From a virus: a stretch of 64,000 nucleotides of DNA. How positions within the stretch are numbered: the first letter of the stretch is position 1; each line of letters starts with the position of its first letter. Below, piece by piece: positions 54,444 to 64,000 of the stretch. The notes below the pieces were generated by a model that was not told the DNA's origin, made no database searches, and worked only from the letters and a program-made list of their open reading frames with translations. Both the position numbers and the translations under genes were made by a program. The stretch lies in IMG/VR virus record IMGVR_UViG_3300027971_000046, positions 1 through 64,000 of that record, one strand, 5' to 3'.

Positions 54444-55382
54444 ATGGGATTCAAAGACCTAAAGTCCGCTTCCAAGAACGCATATCAGACTCTTTCGTCC
54501 GAAATGGACAAGATGGCAAAGAAGTCTGAGTCCTACAAGGACGACCGTATGTGGAGAGCGGAAACCGACAAGACTGGCAACGGCTACGCCGAGATTCGCT
54601 TTCTACCCGCACCCGATGGCGAGGATCTGCCGTGGGCGCGTGTTTGGAACCACGGCTTCCGTGGTCCAGGTGGTTGGTACATTGAAAACTCCCTCACGAC
54701 CATTGGTCTGAAGGATCCAGTGTCTGAAATGAACTCGCAGTTGTGGGCTAGCGGATCGGATGACGACAAGAAGATTGCGCGTGATCGCAAGCGCAAGTTG
54801 TCGTATATCAGCAACATTCTTGTTGTGAGCGACCCCAAGAATCCGCAGAACGAGGGCAAGGTGTTCCTGTTCCGCTACGGCAAGAAGATTTTTGAGAAGA
54901 TTCAGGAAGCCATGAATCCGCAGTTCCAAGACGAGAAGCCCATGAATCCGTTTGACTTTTGGAACGGTGCAAACTTCAAGTTGAAGATTCGTCAGGTTGA
55001 GGGCTACACCAACTACGACAAGAGCGAGTTTGCTGCTCCGTCAGCCCTGCTTGGTGGCGATGACGCTGCGCTTGAGAAGTTGTGGAAGACGGAGTTCTCC
55101 CTGAAGGAGTTCACTGATCCCAAGTCCTTCAAGTCGTATGATGAACTCAAGGCTCGTCTGGAGCAGGTGCTTGGCGGTAACATCCGCGCCACCTCTTCAG
55201 AGTCGGGTTTCAAGGGTGGTGCAGAGAAGGCTGCGTTTGATGATGAGGATACGGTTCCCGCTGTGAAGAAGCCTGCGCCGCAGGCGGCTCCAAAGAAGAG
55301 TGTGAAGGAGAGCGTCAGCACGGATGATGACGACACGGAGGATGCACTCTCTTACTTTGAGAAGTTGGCAAGCGAAGACTAA
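54444..55382 (+). CDS. gp32: single-stranded DNA-binding protein (T4 gp32-like)
   Basis: DKTGNGYAEIRFLP, WYIENSLTT, RKRKLSYISNI, NPFDFW.GANFKLK, acidic tail. Confidence 0.95.
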   Translation: MGFKDLKSASKNAYQTLSSEMDKMAKKSESYKDDRMWRAETDKTGNGYAEIRFLPAPDGEDLPWARVWNHGFRGPGGWYIENSLTTIGLKDPVSEMNSQLWASGSDDDKKIARDRKRKLSYISNILVVSDPKNPQNEGKVFLFRYGKKIFEKIQEAMNPQFQDEKPMNPFDFWNGANFKLKIRQVEGYTNYDKSEFAAPSALLGGDDAALEKLWKTEFSLKEFTDPKSFKSYDELKARLEQVLGGNIRATSSESGFKGGAEKAAFDDEDTVPAVKKPAPQAAPKKSVKESVSTDDDDTEDALSYFEKLASED

Positions 55383-55406
55383 ATAGCAGTGACTTTCGGT
55401 TTCGCA

Positions 55407-55440
55407 GCAAGGGGCGCACTTCGGTGCGCCCCTTTGTTTT
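55407..55440. terminator. bidirectional terminator
   Basis: AAGGGGCGCAC-TTCG-GTGCGCCCCTTT between convergent genes. Confidence 0.8.
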
Positions 55441-58330
55441 ATGGAACCATAGAGAATGCTTGCATCTGCTTCTGCGTGGGTTCGTTGTTCCGAATCCGCA
55501 GATCATCATTGAAGTTGTTGTTTGTGGTGCTGATCTTGGTCTGAATGTTTGCGTTATTGTTGGTGTTTCCGCCAGCAGGAGTCGCTGCCGCACTACGAGC
55601 ATCACTCAATGCGTTTTGCTCTGCGGAGTACTGACTCATCATCTTGCCCATTGTGGTGTTGGCTGTAGCAGGGGCAACAATCTTTCCTTGCACATCATTA
55701 CCAGCAGCGGAGGATTTGCCTGCAAGATTCTGTTCCATTTCCTGCTTTTTTTCCCAAGACAATCCGCGTACTTGCTGTCGCCTGATGGTTCTCTCTGTGG
55801 CACTGCCACCTGCCTGTATCCAATTTGCTATATTTGGAGTCTCGGGTGGAACCATCGTGCCATCTTCCATAGGATGCCAGCCAGCATCTTTGAATGGAGA
55901 CATTCCAGCCATAGCGGTCTTTTCGGCGGGATTTTTAGCCGCTCCTACATCATCAGCATAAGGATCAGCAACTTTTCCTCCTGCTGCTATGGATGCATCT
56001 ACCTCAGAATTAAATTTATTCACTCTATCATTTTCAAGGCTCTCTTCTTCTCTATCCCTTCTTCTGCGTGGCATACTAGCAACCATGTTCGCTCTTGACT
56101 TAATTTCGTCGGCGTTCTTCCCCTGCTTTGCCCAATCTTTTAGATTGGGGTAACTATCCCAAAAATAAGTGTTATCAAATACCGATAGATCATCAACGCC
56201 TTCTCCTGTGCTTGATTCATCACCGTCTACTGAAATCAGTGAACCAACACCAGGAATTGCAGCCACCATGTCATAGAACTTGGTGGGACCAATCTGTTCC
56301 GCAAGCAGTTCCGCAATTTTTCCTCCCACCCATGCTCCACCAATAGTACCAATTAGTGTTCCGAGTCCAGGAATTGGAATGAGTGTTCCTAGTGCGCCTC
56401 CTGCAACAGAACCAAGTGCTTCTCCGACTGTTTTAACAATCGTTTTGCCGATTTGTTCTTTCTTCTCTTCTTTAGACAATTCGGTATTGTTCTTGATGGA
56501 TGCAATGTCTATTGCTCCCATGATTCCCGTGATAATTGCTCCAAGACCAGGAATCTTCGCAATCCCCTTTATGATCTTTCCTGCGCCCTTGGCAATTGGA
56601 CCTTGCAGCAATTTTGTTGGATTGAGTTTACCAAGCAGATTTCCTGCTCTACCCAACATATTGCTAAACCATCCTCCTGCTCCTCCTGCTGCTGCTCCGC
56701 TTTCGGATACTCCCTTGATGGCATTCTTGCCAGCATCCCAAACGCTCTTACCAGCACCCATCACTGCTTGTCCTGCTCTGCTTTGCGTTATTCCCTTGAT
56801 GGCATTCTTGCCAGCATTTGAAATGCTTCTACCAGCACTCATCACTGCTTGTCCTGCTTTGCTATTCCTTATTGCCTTGATGGCATTCTTACCTACAATC
56901 CGTGCGCGTCTGCCAGTATCCACCACGGTTTTTCCAAAACCCTTTTTGGATATTTGCTTCGCGGTATTCCTGCCGAAATCCGTGACGCTTTTGCCAGCAG
57001 TTCTCACGGATTCTGTGGCTCTTCTGAATGGAGAAGACACAGCCTTATAGACTGATGTGTTCTGTAGTTTTGTGAGTCCTCGTGTTCCAAGTCTCCTCGT
57101 AGCACCGATACCACCGCTAGTCACAAATGAACCGATACCCGCAATGTTTCCTATGGTTGATAGAATGCCGCCTCCACCGCCACCGCCCGCTGTCCCCGCG
57201 ATGCCTCCCTTTCCACCCAATGCACTCAATACGGAAGCAGCAGAACCATTTCCTCCACCCATAGCGGAACCAGCCGCGCCCTCAAGTTCAGACTCACGAG
57301 CAGCAAGTTCATTTACATCAGCCTGCTTGATAAGCAGTTTTCGTATTTCACGAACTTCTTTATACATTCCATCAAGTGTAGCCAGTACACGGGTTCCTCC
57401 CTTTCCTTGCTCATTGATGCCCAAACCAGGAATATCAGATGCGCGAGTTCCGCCCATCTGTTCGGGACTGCCTGTTCGTGTGTTTCGCGGTTCTCTTGAG
57501 TCTGTACCACTTATGTCTAGTTCAGATCCTCTATTTTCGCCACGCGAGATTTTCGCTCGTAGACGACCAGCATAGTCATCAATCTTTTCTTTTGTTTCGC
57601 GTTTTTCTTTCAGGAATTGACTAATAAGACCGCCGACCACTGGTATTTTTGCAGCGAGCCGTTCAGGCAGAGTCTTTTTGAAGTTCTTTGCCCTATCTTT
57701 GATAAACTCTGAAAAGGATGTTCTCTTTTTCAGTTGTTCTTCGACAGGCTTGATGATTGCATCTAGTTCATTAGCAATACTAGACTGTTCACCTTTTGTT
57801 TTTGCCGCGATTCCTCTTATGAACTTTAGTTGGGCATAGATTTTCTGTGCGTCATCTACGGAAGCACTGAGTGATTCTTCCGAAAGCAAAACGGCTTCTC
57901 TCATCAACTGATACGCAGCCGCTCCCGCTGGATCTTCTCGGTTAAACTTTTCGCGGTTCTCAACAATGAATGCTTCCACTTTGGATCGAACACCCTCTTT
58001 TTGAGATGTTCCAACCACATAATCTTCAAGGGCAGTGGGTTCTGATCCCGTTTCTTTTTGTTGCATACCCAATGCGGTTAGGAGATCAATGTTTTCTCCC
58101 GCTTCCGCATTAGGCGCACCAGCCCCTGCACTTGGTGTTGGTGGGGCGGCTGATTCTGGCGCAGCGGGTGATGCACTTTGTGTTGGTGGGGCGGCTGATT
58201 CTGACGCAGCGGGTGATGCAGTCCTGAATTCTGGCTTTAGCCCACCAAATTGACCACCTGGTCCTCGCTCTTGGCGTTGGGACTTCATTCGTCTGTATTG
58301 TTTGTCGCTGACCTTTTTCTTCCTTGCCAT
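55439..58330 (-). CDS. tape-measure-like / baseplate hub protein (gp29-like position)
   Basis: 963 aa, helical Gly/Ala-rich, IPGLG/IPVVG motifs, 27-aa repeats; downstream of chaperone-like genes. Confidence 0.7.
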   Translation of the reverse strand: MARKKKVSDKQYRRMKSQRQERGPGGQFGGLKPEFRTASPAASESAAPPTQSASPAAPESAAPPTPSAGAGAPNAEAGENIDLLTALGMQQKETGSEPTALEDYVVGTSQKEGVRSKVEAFIVENREKFNREDPAGAAAYQLMREAVLLSEESLSASVDDAQKIYAQLKFIRGIAAKTKGEQSSIANELDAIIKPVEEQLKKRTSFSEFIKDRAKNFKKTLPERLAAKIPVVGGLISQFLKEKRETKEKIDDYAGRLRAKISRGENRGSELDISGTDSREPRNTRTGSPEQMGGTRASDIPGLGINEQGKGGTRVLATLDGMYKEVREIRKLLIKQADVNELAARESELEGAAGSAMGGGNGSAASVLSALGGKGGIAGTAGGGGGGGILSTIGNIAGIGSFVTSGGIGATRRLGTRGLTKLQNTSVYKAVSSPFRRATESVRTAGKSVTDFGRNTAKQISKKGFGKTVVDTGRRARIVGKNAIKAIRNSKAGQAVMSAGRSISNAGKNAIKGITQSRAGQAVMGAGKSVWDAGKNAIKGVSESGAAAGGAGGWFSNMLGRAGNLLGKLNPTKLLQGPIAKGAGKIIKGIAKIPGLGAIITGIMGAIDIASIKNNTELSKEEKKEQIGKTIVKTVGEALGSVAGGALGTLIPIPGLGTLIGTIGGAWVGGKIAELLAEQIGPTKFYDMVAAIPGVGSLISVDGDESSTGEGVDDLSVFDNTYFWDSYPNLKDWAKQGKNADEIKSRANMVASMPRRRRDREEESLENDRVNKFNSEVDASIAAGGKVADPYADDVGAAKNPAEKTAMAGMSPFKDAGWHPMEDGTMVPPETPNIANWIQAGGSATERTIRRQQVRGLSWEKKQEMEQNLAGKSSAAGNDVQGKIVAPATANTTMGKMMSQYSAEQNALSDARSAAATPAGGNTNNNANIQTKISTTNNNFNDDLRIRNNEPTQKQMQAFSMVP

Positions 58331-58359
58331 GATGCTACCTCGGTGTCATGGTAAAGGGG

Positions 58360-58548
58360 TCACAGGGGTTTTCTGTTGCCTGCTTTTTCCTTCTCTTGTT
58401 TAAGATGAGAAATAAGCATTTGTATGTATACCTCTCGTTCCCAAGGTAGCATTGCCTCTAATTCGGCAAGGGAATACCCGTGGTGCTGCATGAGGTTGAA
58501 GTTCATTTGGTAATACGCCCCCAAGTCGTTATGACAGAGGGCTACTGA
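58360..58548 (-). CDS. gp51-like small ORF, likely the -1 frameshift extension of the upstream gene
   Basis: YYQMNFNLMQHHGYSLAELEAMLPWEREVYI; open from the slippery site. Confidence 0.75.
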   Translation of the reverse strand, partial: SVALCHNDLGAYYQMNFNLMQHHGYSLAELEAMLPWEREVYIQMLISHLKQEKEKAGNRKPL

Positions 58549-59267
58549 AAAAAATCAGATACGCTATTCATTTCTACGGTTACTATTTGTTTGCAATTGG
58601 GGCAGTTGTACTTCATCAGATACTTTAGTTCGGGAACGCTCTGTATGAACTCCAACATTTTAGCAAACTGATCTGGCAGCATATTGTCCACAAAATCGGA
58701 TAGAGTCTGCGGGTTGATGTCCTGTACTTGGTACACCTGTTCGTTTAGAATAACCGATTCAATGCACCGCTTGGCTAGTTCAAATGCAATTTCCACTTCA
58801 GTTTTGTCGTAGTCAAAGTCGTGGATGGACGGATACCGCATGATCACGGTGAGTTCGTCTGTCATCTTTATGTTGCTGTCGATCACGGGTTTGTCGGTGG
58901 TCTTGATTGTGATCTCGTCCAGTTTTATTTTGACGCTTGTTTCTTTGCCGCAGTTGGTGCAGACCACCTGTGGCTTGACTTCTTCGCCCACCGACTTGGA
59001 GCGAATCTGCAAGAAAGCGTACTCTGCGTCCGCAGCACACAGTTTGCGGGTGTCTATGCTGCTGTTCGTGCAGGCGAGAATCACATTCCGCATGGCATCG
59101 TTGATCTGATTGATGTTTTTTGACTGCATTGCCATCAGTAGGATTTTTTCTTCCTTGACGACAAATGGTCTGAATTTTGCCAGTATGCCTGATACGGGCA
59201 GAGTCATGCTGTATTGTGGTAACGCTGCGTTTGTCAGATTCAGTTGATTCATGGCGATCCTTTTCAA
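58542..59267 (-). CDS. gp26: baseplate hub assembly protein (gp26-like)
   Basis: FRPFVVKEEKILL, FLQIRSKSVGE, CTNC, MRYP, CPNC...SDFF. Confidence 0.85.
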   Translation of the reverse strand: MKRIAMNQLNLTNAALPQYSMTLPVSGILAKFRPFVVKEEKILLMAMQSKNINQINDAMRNVILACTNSSIDTRKLCAADAEYAFLQIRSKSVGEEVKPQVVCTNCGKETSVKIKLDEITIKTTDKPVIDSNIKMTDELTVIMRYPSIHDFDYDKTEVEIAFELAKRCIESVILNEQVYQVQDINPQTLSDFVDNMLPDQFAKMLEFIQSVPELKYLMKYNCPNCKQIVTVEMNSVSDFFQ

Positions 59268-59284
59268 TATAGGGTGTAATCTAT

Positions 59285-60025
59285 TTATCTAGGCAGTGGT
59301 AGGTTGTTTTTCAGTGCATTTGCAAGATCGGGAGCATATAGTCCGTTTACGGTTCCGTCAGATGATACATTGTAAAATTGACCGTTTCGTGCGTATGTGT
59401 TTCGGGTCAACGCTCTCTCTGGAGAGAGGGCGGGTGCTTGCAGCAATTGAGGAACAGTTTGGTTTACCTGTGGTACTGGCGGTAGCCGCACAGGCAGGTA
59501 TTTTCTGAATGCTATGGTGACATCTTGTCGCATGAACTCGTTGTCTTTGTCGTATCCGATTTGGATGTCACCCATAGCCTTGGGATATGCTTCTTCCACT
59601 GCAATCTGATATGTTATCTGACTAGCCCTGTTTAGTATGTTGATCGTCAGTGGAGCAGTGTACTGATCATAGTAGTTGAACTTGTAGTCGTTCGGACTGC
59701 ATACTCCGTTCATCCACTGCTCAAAGAACTCACGCTCCTGTAGGCTCTCGGATAGAATCACCGACATCGTGAGTTCTCCGCTGTATATTGGCTCATATGG
59801 CATATTCCTAGCAGGACCGTAGAACCTATACGGCACGGTGGAGAAGGATCGTCCAGGAATGGATATGGAATCACAGCGCACAGCAATTTGTCGTGCGGCA
59901 TCCGAATTCAGTGTTCTGAAGATATTGGGATAATTGATCAGCACTTCGTAGCGATTGGTGTACGCAAGACCGCTAGAGAATATGCTGCTGAACATCTCGG
60001 TTATGCTTGATGGAATCTGCGACAT
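59285..60025 (-). CDS. tail tube-like baseplate-tube initiator (gp54-like)
   Basis: GLAYTNRYEV, CDSISIPG, REFFEQW, EAYPK. Confidence 0.75.
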   Translation of the reverse strand: MSQIPSSITEMFSSIFSSGLAYTNRYEVLINYPNIFRTLNSDAARQIAVRCDSISIPGRSFSTVPYRFYGPARNMPYEPIYSGELTMSVILSESLQEREFFEQWMNGVCSPNDYKFNYYDQYTAPLTINILNRASQITYQIAVEEAYPKAMGDIQIGYDKDNEFMRQDVTIAFRKYLPVRLPPVPQVNQTVPQLLQAPALSPERALTRNTYARNGQFYNVSSDGTVNGLYAPDLANALKNNLPLPR

Positions 60026-60618
60026 TATGTTCCCCTGCGGATTACTGCGTTTCTGCTGTCTCTGTATACGGTTACTGGTCTTGCGCCAACGAATTTCTGC
60101 GTGTTTCCATTAATCATGTCTTCCCATAAGTGAAACGGAACAATCACTGGTCTTTTTTTCATCCCTTTCCATAGATATTTTCGATAGCATGGTCTGTAGT
60201 ATTTGAATATTTTTCTAGCATCTAGCCGATCATAGTCAATTTTCAGCCGCGTCTTCCACTCCTCGTTTGCTTTGATTGTGGGTAGTCCGCGCATGATCGT
60301 ATCAAACAGAGCATTTCTGTATTGTGGACTCAAGAAGTGCAGGTTTATACCTTCGAACCCGCCCTTATAGACATCAGTTATCATTACAAGAGGATACGAA
60401 TCATAATATGTATCCTTTGCAATAAAAGATTCGCTGATTGGTTTGTACTTGAAGAACACCAATAAGCCTGGCATTAGGCGGTTCGGTATCAGCAACTGAT
60501 CCTGTTTGCTCAACATTTTCAAGAACTGCACATATGTCTGGTCTGTTCCACCCAATGCGATGGTGGTTTCCTCTAGCAATTCTTCTAGTTCGATCTTGTG
60601 TTTGTCGTTGTCGTTCAT
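60025..60618 (-). CDS. gp2: DNA end protector protein (gp2-like)
   Basis: FFKYKP...YYDSYPLV...GFEGINLHFL...PCYRKYL. Confidence 0.8.
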   Translation of the reverse strand: MNDNDKHKIELEELLEETTIALGGTDQTYVQFLKMLSKQDQLLIPNRLMPGLLVFFKYKPISESFIAKDTYYDSYPLVMITDVYKGGFEGINLHFLSPQYRNALFDTIMRGLPTIKANEEWKTRLKIDYDRLDARKIFKYYRPCYRKYLWKGMKKRPVIVPFHLWEDMINGNTQKFVGARPVTVYRDSRNAVIRRGT

Positions 60619-61055
60619 GGCTTTTTGTTGAACAGATCGTCTTCGGTCAATATTTTGAATTCCCATCCCTTGGCATCAGACACCCGCTTGGCGGCTTCCC
60701 ACTTGGCTTTGTTGGTTACCCATGTCTTGACTTCGGTGATGTACCCACGAGTGATCCTGCTCTTCTTCTGCGGCTCTTGGCACTGCTTTTTGGGTTTGAT
60801 CTCTACAAGCCAAGTCTTGATGCCCTCTGGTGTGCGTACCTCAACCAAGAAGTCCACAAAGTAGCGGTGGGGCTTGTGGTCGATGGGACTCATGTACGGA
60901 ATCACCACTTCTTCGGATGCCCAACGCAGAACATTCGCGCTGCTGTCGCAGTACTTCATAAACTTGCGTTCCCACATACTTCGGTAGGTGATCTTGGTGG
61001 GATCGCCTATGTATTTGGTGGGGTTCTGTGGTTGAAAAATGCCTTTGTATGCCAT
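60615..61055 (-). CDS. gp4: head completion nuclease (gp4-like)
   Basis: MAYKG.F.PQNP.KY.GDP..I.YRS.WE, WASEE, HRYFVDF, VEIKP, N.AKW. Confidence 0.9.
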   Translation of the reverse strand: MAYKGIFQPQNPTKYIGDPTKITYRSMWERKFMKYCDSSANVLRWASEEVVIPYMSPIDHKPHRYFVDFLVEVRTPEGIKTWLVEIKPKKQCQEPQKKSRITRGYITEVKTWVTNKAKWEAAKRVSDAKGWEFKILTEDDLFNKKP

Positions 61056-61069
61056 ACATAAATATGTAG
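61056..61069. promoter_or_regulatory. overlapping divergent late-promoter-like boxes
   Basis: ATAAATA on + and CTACATA on - between divergent gp4 and gp48. Confidence 0.5.
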
Positions 61070-61096
61070 CCAATCCCCCAAAGGAATCCTCCACAT

Positions 61097-62611
61097 ATGT
61101 TAGTACCAGACAAATATGCCCGAAGTCCCGAGGTTGCGCCACAAACAAGCAACGGAAAGCCGTTTGTTGCCAGCAATCGCACAGGACGAATTTCTAGCGA
61201 ACAATTCGCGGAGCAGATTCAGGATCAGATTTCTAGAAATCTTGAGGGCTTCACCCCACTCAAGCGTGGCTCTCGCTCACGCCCATCTCTATTGAAATAT
61301 CCTATTGAAATTGGTTCGGGACAGGTTCCTCATGTCATGCAGTTCAAGGTGTTCTGGCGGTGGGAACAAAAGGACATGAAAGAAACCTTGAACAACGCCA
61401 AGGTGGAGAATGAAAAGAAGATTGGTGATTTGCAGACTCTTCACAGTCTGATTGAGAATGGTGATCTCACAGAAGAAAATCTGATGCGAAGCCCGCTTTC
61501 AGATCAGGGTATTGCTGCACTAAACGAGATCGTGTACAGCAACAAGACTCTGAAGGTGGTTGATCCTAGCATGAACGATAGTCTGGCACAGATGCTGGAC
61601 AACAATCCACAGCGCGCCAAGCAGATTCTTGAACAAACCATTTCGTCGTATCAGACTCGTCTATCAGATATCAATTCTGAAATATCAAACGGCACGGGCA
61701 AGGTTGGATTGGATGAACAGGAAAAACTGCAAGTACAGGGAAGATTCGGTGAGCAGATAGCAGATTCTAGTGCTGGTAGTGCTGCTGTGAGTGTTGGTTC
61801 TGTGGGTGCTGTTATTGGTGGTATTGCTGGATTTTTTCTTGGTGGACCTCCTGGCTTAGTAGTTGGAGCATTGGCGGGTGGTGGTGGCGGCGCACTCGCA
61901 GGGGTTGCGGCACAACAGGGGGCAAAGGCTTTTCAGAATCAAGCAGTGTACGATCAGATGGTGTCCATCTATCTGCCGTTCTGCACAAAAATCAATAACG
62001 AAGACACCTTTCAATATGAAGAGTCCAGTATGAGTGTTGCTGGTGGTATTGGTGATTTTATGAGTAATGGTATGATTTCATCCACCGAGCAGGCTGCACA
62101 GGCAGGACTCAACAAAGGTTCGGAGATGGTTGGTACTGGACAAGCGGGTGCGGCTCTTCAAGGACGAATAATCAATCCGCGCCTTGAAAAAATGTTCAAG
62201 CAAAAGGATTTTAGAAACTTCAATTTCAGTTGGGAGTTCTATCCAAAGACCAAAACGGAAGTGGAATACATTCGAGATATTATTGAAACATTCCGCTATC
62301 ATGCTCACCCTAGTCGTGAGAATGAACCTGGCTCAGACGATCCATCCAAGGTTCAGATCATGCTTCGCGTTCCTGGTGAATTTGAAATTCGCTTTCTGTC
62401 CAGCAATCCCGATCCCAACCAAGCAGGTTTCGTTGAGAACGAGTACCTGCCACAGATTGGTCGCTGTTCTCTCACCTCTATTTCTGTGGATTACACACCA
62501 AACTCCATCTACAGTTCGTTTCAAGACAATTCTCCAACGGCAATTACTTTCTCGCTTCAGTTCACTGAAATGGGACTGCTGACCCGTGAAGCAATAGATA
62601 AGGGCTACTGA
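61097..62611 (+). CDS. gp48: baseplate tail-tube cap (gp48-like)
   Basis: LKYP, SIYLP, INPRLEKMF...FRNFNFSWEFYPK, LTSISVDYTP, LQFTE. Confidence 0.85.
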   Translation: MLVPDKYARSPEVAPQTSNGKPFVASNRTGRISSEQFAEQIQDQISRNLEGFTPLKRGSRSRPSLLKYPIEIGSGQVPHVMQFKVFWRWEQKDMKETLNNAKVENEKKIGDLQTLHSLIENGDLTEENLMRSPLSDQGIAALNEIVYSNKTLKVVDPSMNDSLAQMLDNNPQRAKQILEQTISSYQTRLSDINSEISNGTGKVGLDEQEKLQVQGRFGEQIADSSAGSAAVSVGSVGAVIGGIAGFFLGGPPGLVVGALAGGGGGALAGVAAQQGAKAFQNQAVYDQMVSIYLPFCTKINNEDTFQYEESSMSVAGGIGDFMSNGMISSTEQAAQAGLNKGSEMVGTGQAGAALQGRIINPRLEKMFKQKDFRNFNFSWEFYPKTKTEVEYIRDIIETFRYHAHPSRENEPGSDDPSKVQIMLRVPGEFEIRFLSSNPDPNQAGFVENEYLPQIGRCSLTSISVDYTPNSIYSSFQDNSPTAITFSLQFTEMGLLTREAIDKGY

Positions 62612-63516
62612 TGTACTTTTCTAAATTCCCACTACTACAGTATCCTGTCAAGGACGGAACCGCCTTCCGTTATGTGTATGTGCGAAATCTGCTGCGGCGG
62701 GTTGCGTTGAGCGAAGACTTGAAGAGCGGGGAGTCTGCGTTTTTGGAGTACAACATCAAGGACGGAGAACGCCCCGAACACATCGCAGAGCGCGTATACG
62801 GAGATCCTGCGTACCACTGGTTGATTCTACTAACAAACGACATTATTGATCCGTATCACGGGTGGTACAAATCGGGCTTGGCACTAGAAGACTACATTCA
62901 AAAGAAATACGGTGGCTACACTGTCTACATCAGCACCACATCCGATTCTTTCTTTTACAACTCCGCAGTTGGCAGTGGCTCTACTTTTTCACAGGGCGGA
63001 AAGTCGGTGGCAATTGTGGACTATTCGCCTGAACTCTGCAAACTCACTGTGCTTGGAAAGGATATTGCTGAAGGAGCCGCAACGATTGGAGTCTCTGGTG
63101 GAACTAGTTACTCTGTTTATGTCCACCGTGTAGACCCGTCTTTTACTGCCGTGCATCACTTTCAGATTCCTTATTCAAGTGGGCTATGCGGAGCCTCCAC
63201 CGAGTTCACTGTTGACCCATTGAGTCAGCAAACAGACAGTTACTCTGTGGTGGGTGGTGTGGTTGGTCATACAAAAAATGAGTATCCCGCAATAATCACC
63301 GATGGTAAACAATATGCAGGATCGGGAACTGTAGACTTATGGGAAACTTATATTGGTCGTTACATGGGAATTTCTGGCGCACAGTTAAACACCTATGCGG
63401 TATCTAATTACACCTACGAGTTCACGGAAAATGATGCAAAGCGAACCATCAAGGTTCTGCATCCGCGTTTCAAGAAGACTGCCCTGAACGAACTTGAATC
63501 TCTGCTGAGGGTCTAA
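62611..63516 (+). CDS. gp53: baseplate wedge protein (gp53-like)
   Basis: MYFSKFP, Y.IKDGERPEHIA..YGD...HWLILLTN.I.DPY, END.KR.IK. Confidence 0.88.
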   Translation: MYFSKFPLLQYPVKDGTAFRYVYVRNLLRRVALSEDLKSGESAFLEYNIKDGERPEHIAERVYGDPAYHWLILLTNDIIDPYHGWYKSGLALEDYIQKKYGGYTVYISTTSDSFFYNSAVGSGSTFSQGGKSVAIVDYSPELCKLTVLGKDIAEGAATIGVSGGTSYSVYVHRVDPSFTAVHHFQIPYSSGLCGASTEFTVDPLSQQTDSYSVVGGVVGHTKNEYPAIITDGKQYAGSGTVDLWETYIGRYMGISGAQLNTYAVSNYTYEFTENDAKRTIKVLHPRFKKTALNELESLLRV

Positions 63517-64000
63517 TGATGGCAGACGAATCAGGATACGGAAACAACAACATGAAGGCGGGAGACTACAAACTAGAAAAGTTTGTTCTCCATTCAATGG
63601 TCAATGGAAGCAGTGTTGATCTCTCTAATCTGTATCGCTACATTGAAATTTATGAAGACCTGTTCTCTCCGTACATCACGGCTAAACTGCATATCGAAGA
63701 CGCTTTCAACTTTCCCGAGCGGTTTCCCATCAGTGGACAGGAAAAGATTGAACTCACCTTCAAGTCAGACATCAATGCACTAAAGCCCGTAGAGTTGGTG
63801 TTTCGTGTCTACAAGTTGGACACCCATGAGATTTCAGACACAGGAAAAACACAGCAGTATGTGCTGCATCTGATGAGTGAGGGCGGATATTTTAACTTCT
63901 CTGAAGTGTGTGGATATTCCGTTCGTGGTACTGTATCTAAAATGGTAGAGACTATATTTGCAAAACACTTTCCTCAATCGGTATGGAAAGACAAATTGGA
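63516..64000 (+). CDS. baseplate hub-like tail protein (partial, runs off the window)
   Basis: IEIYEDLFSPYITAKL.I.D...FPISGQEKIEL; follows gp53. Confidence 0.7.
   Translation, partial: MMADESGYGNNNMKAGDYKLEKFVLHSMVNGSSVDLSNLYRYIEIYEDLFSPYITAKLHIEDAFNFPERFPISGQEKIELTFKSDINALKPVELVFRVYKLDTHEISDTGKTQQYVLHLMSEGGYFNFSEVCGYSVRGTVSKMVETIFAKHFPQSVWKDKL

Noticed and set aside
1-64000. Stop-codon reassignment
   Set aside because: Core genes are intact in the standard code, all three stops are used, and no suppressor tRNA was seen

Overview
A 64-kb segment of a large T4-like (myovirus) phage genome in the standard genetic code. Right end (54-64 kb): T4-type core genes (gp33, gp32, tape-measure-like, gp26/gp51-like, gp54, gp2, gp4, gp48, gp53, start of a hub gene). 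Left end: class II ribonucleotide reductase, a trypsin-like lipoprotein protease, a RuvC-like resolvase, lysis candidates and fibre genes. A long minus-strand late block (7-25 kb) is rich in proteins whose N-termini resemble the T4 capsid-targeting sequence. A plus-strand early/accessory region (25.6-50.9 kb) carries a VWA + MoxR ATPase pair, many small ORFs, leaderless sigma70-type promoters, six tRNA or tRNA-like genes and a circularly permuted two-piece tmRNA. Most notable: (i) a 39.3-41.7 kb array of small genes joined by a conserved junction repeat (RBS plus overlapping start/stop), which also includes promoter cassettes and a PEP-CTERM-like gene; (ii) the permuted tmRNA; (iii) the putative capsid-packaged cargo set; (iv) a G/GT-type -1 frameshift just upstream of the tape-measure-like gene. 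The PEP-CTERM-like tail hints at a Planctomycetota-like host (inference). All calls come from reading motifs by eye; no searches or folding programs were run.
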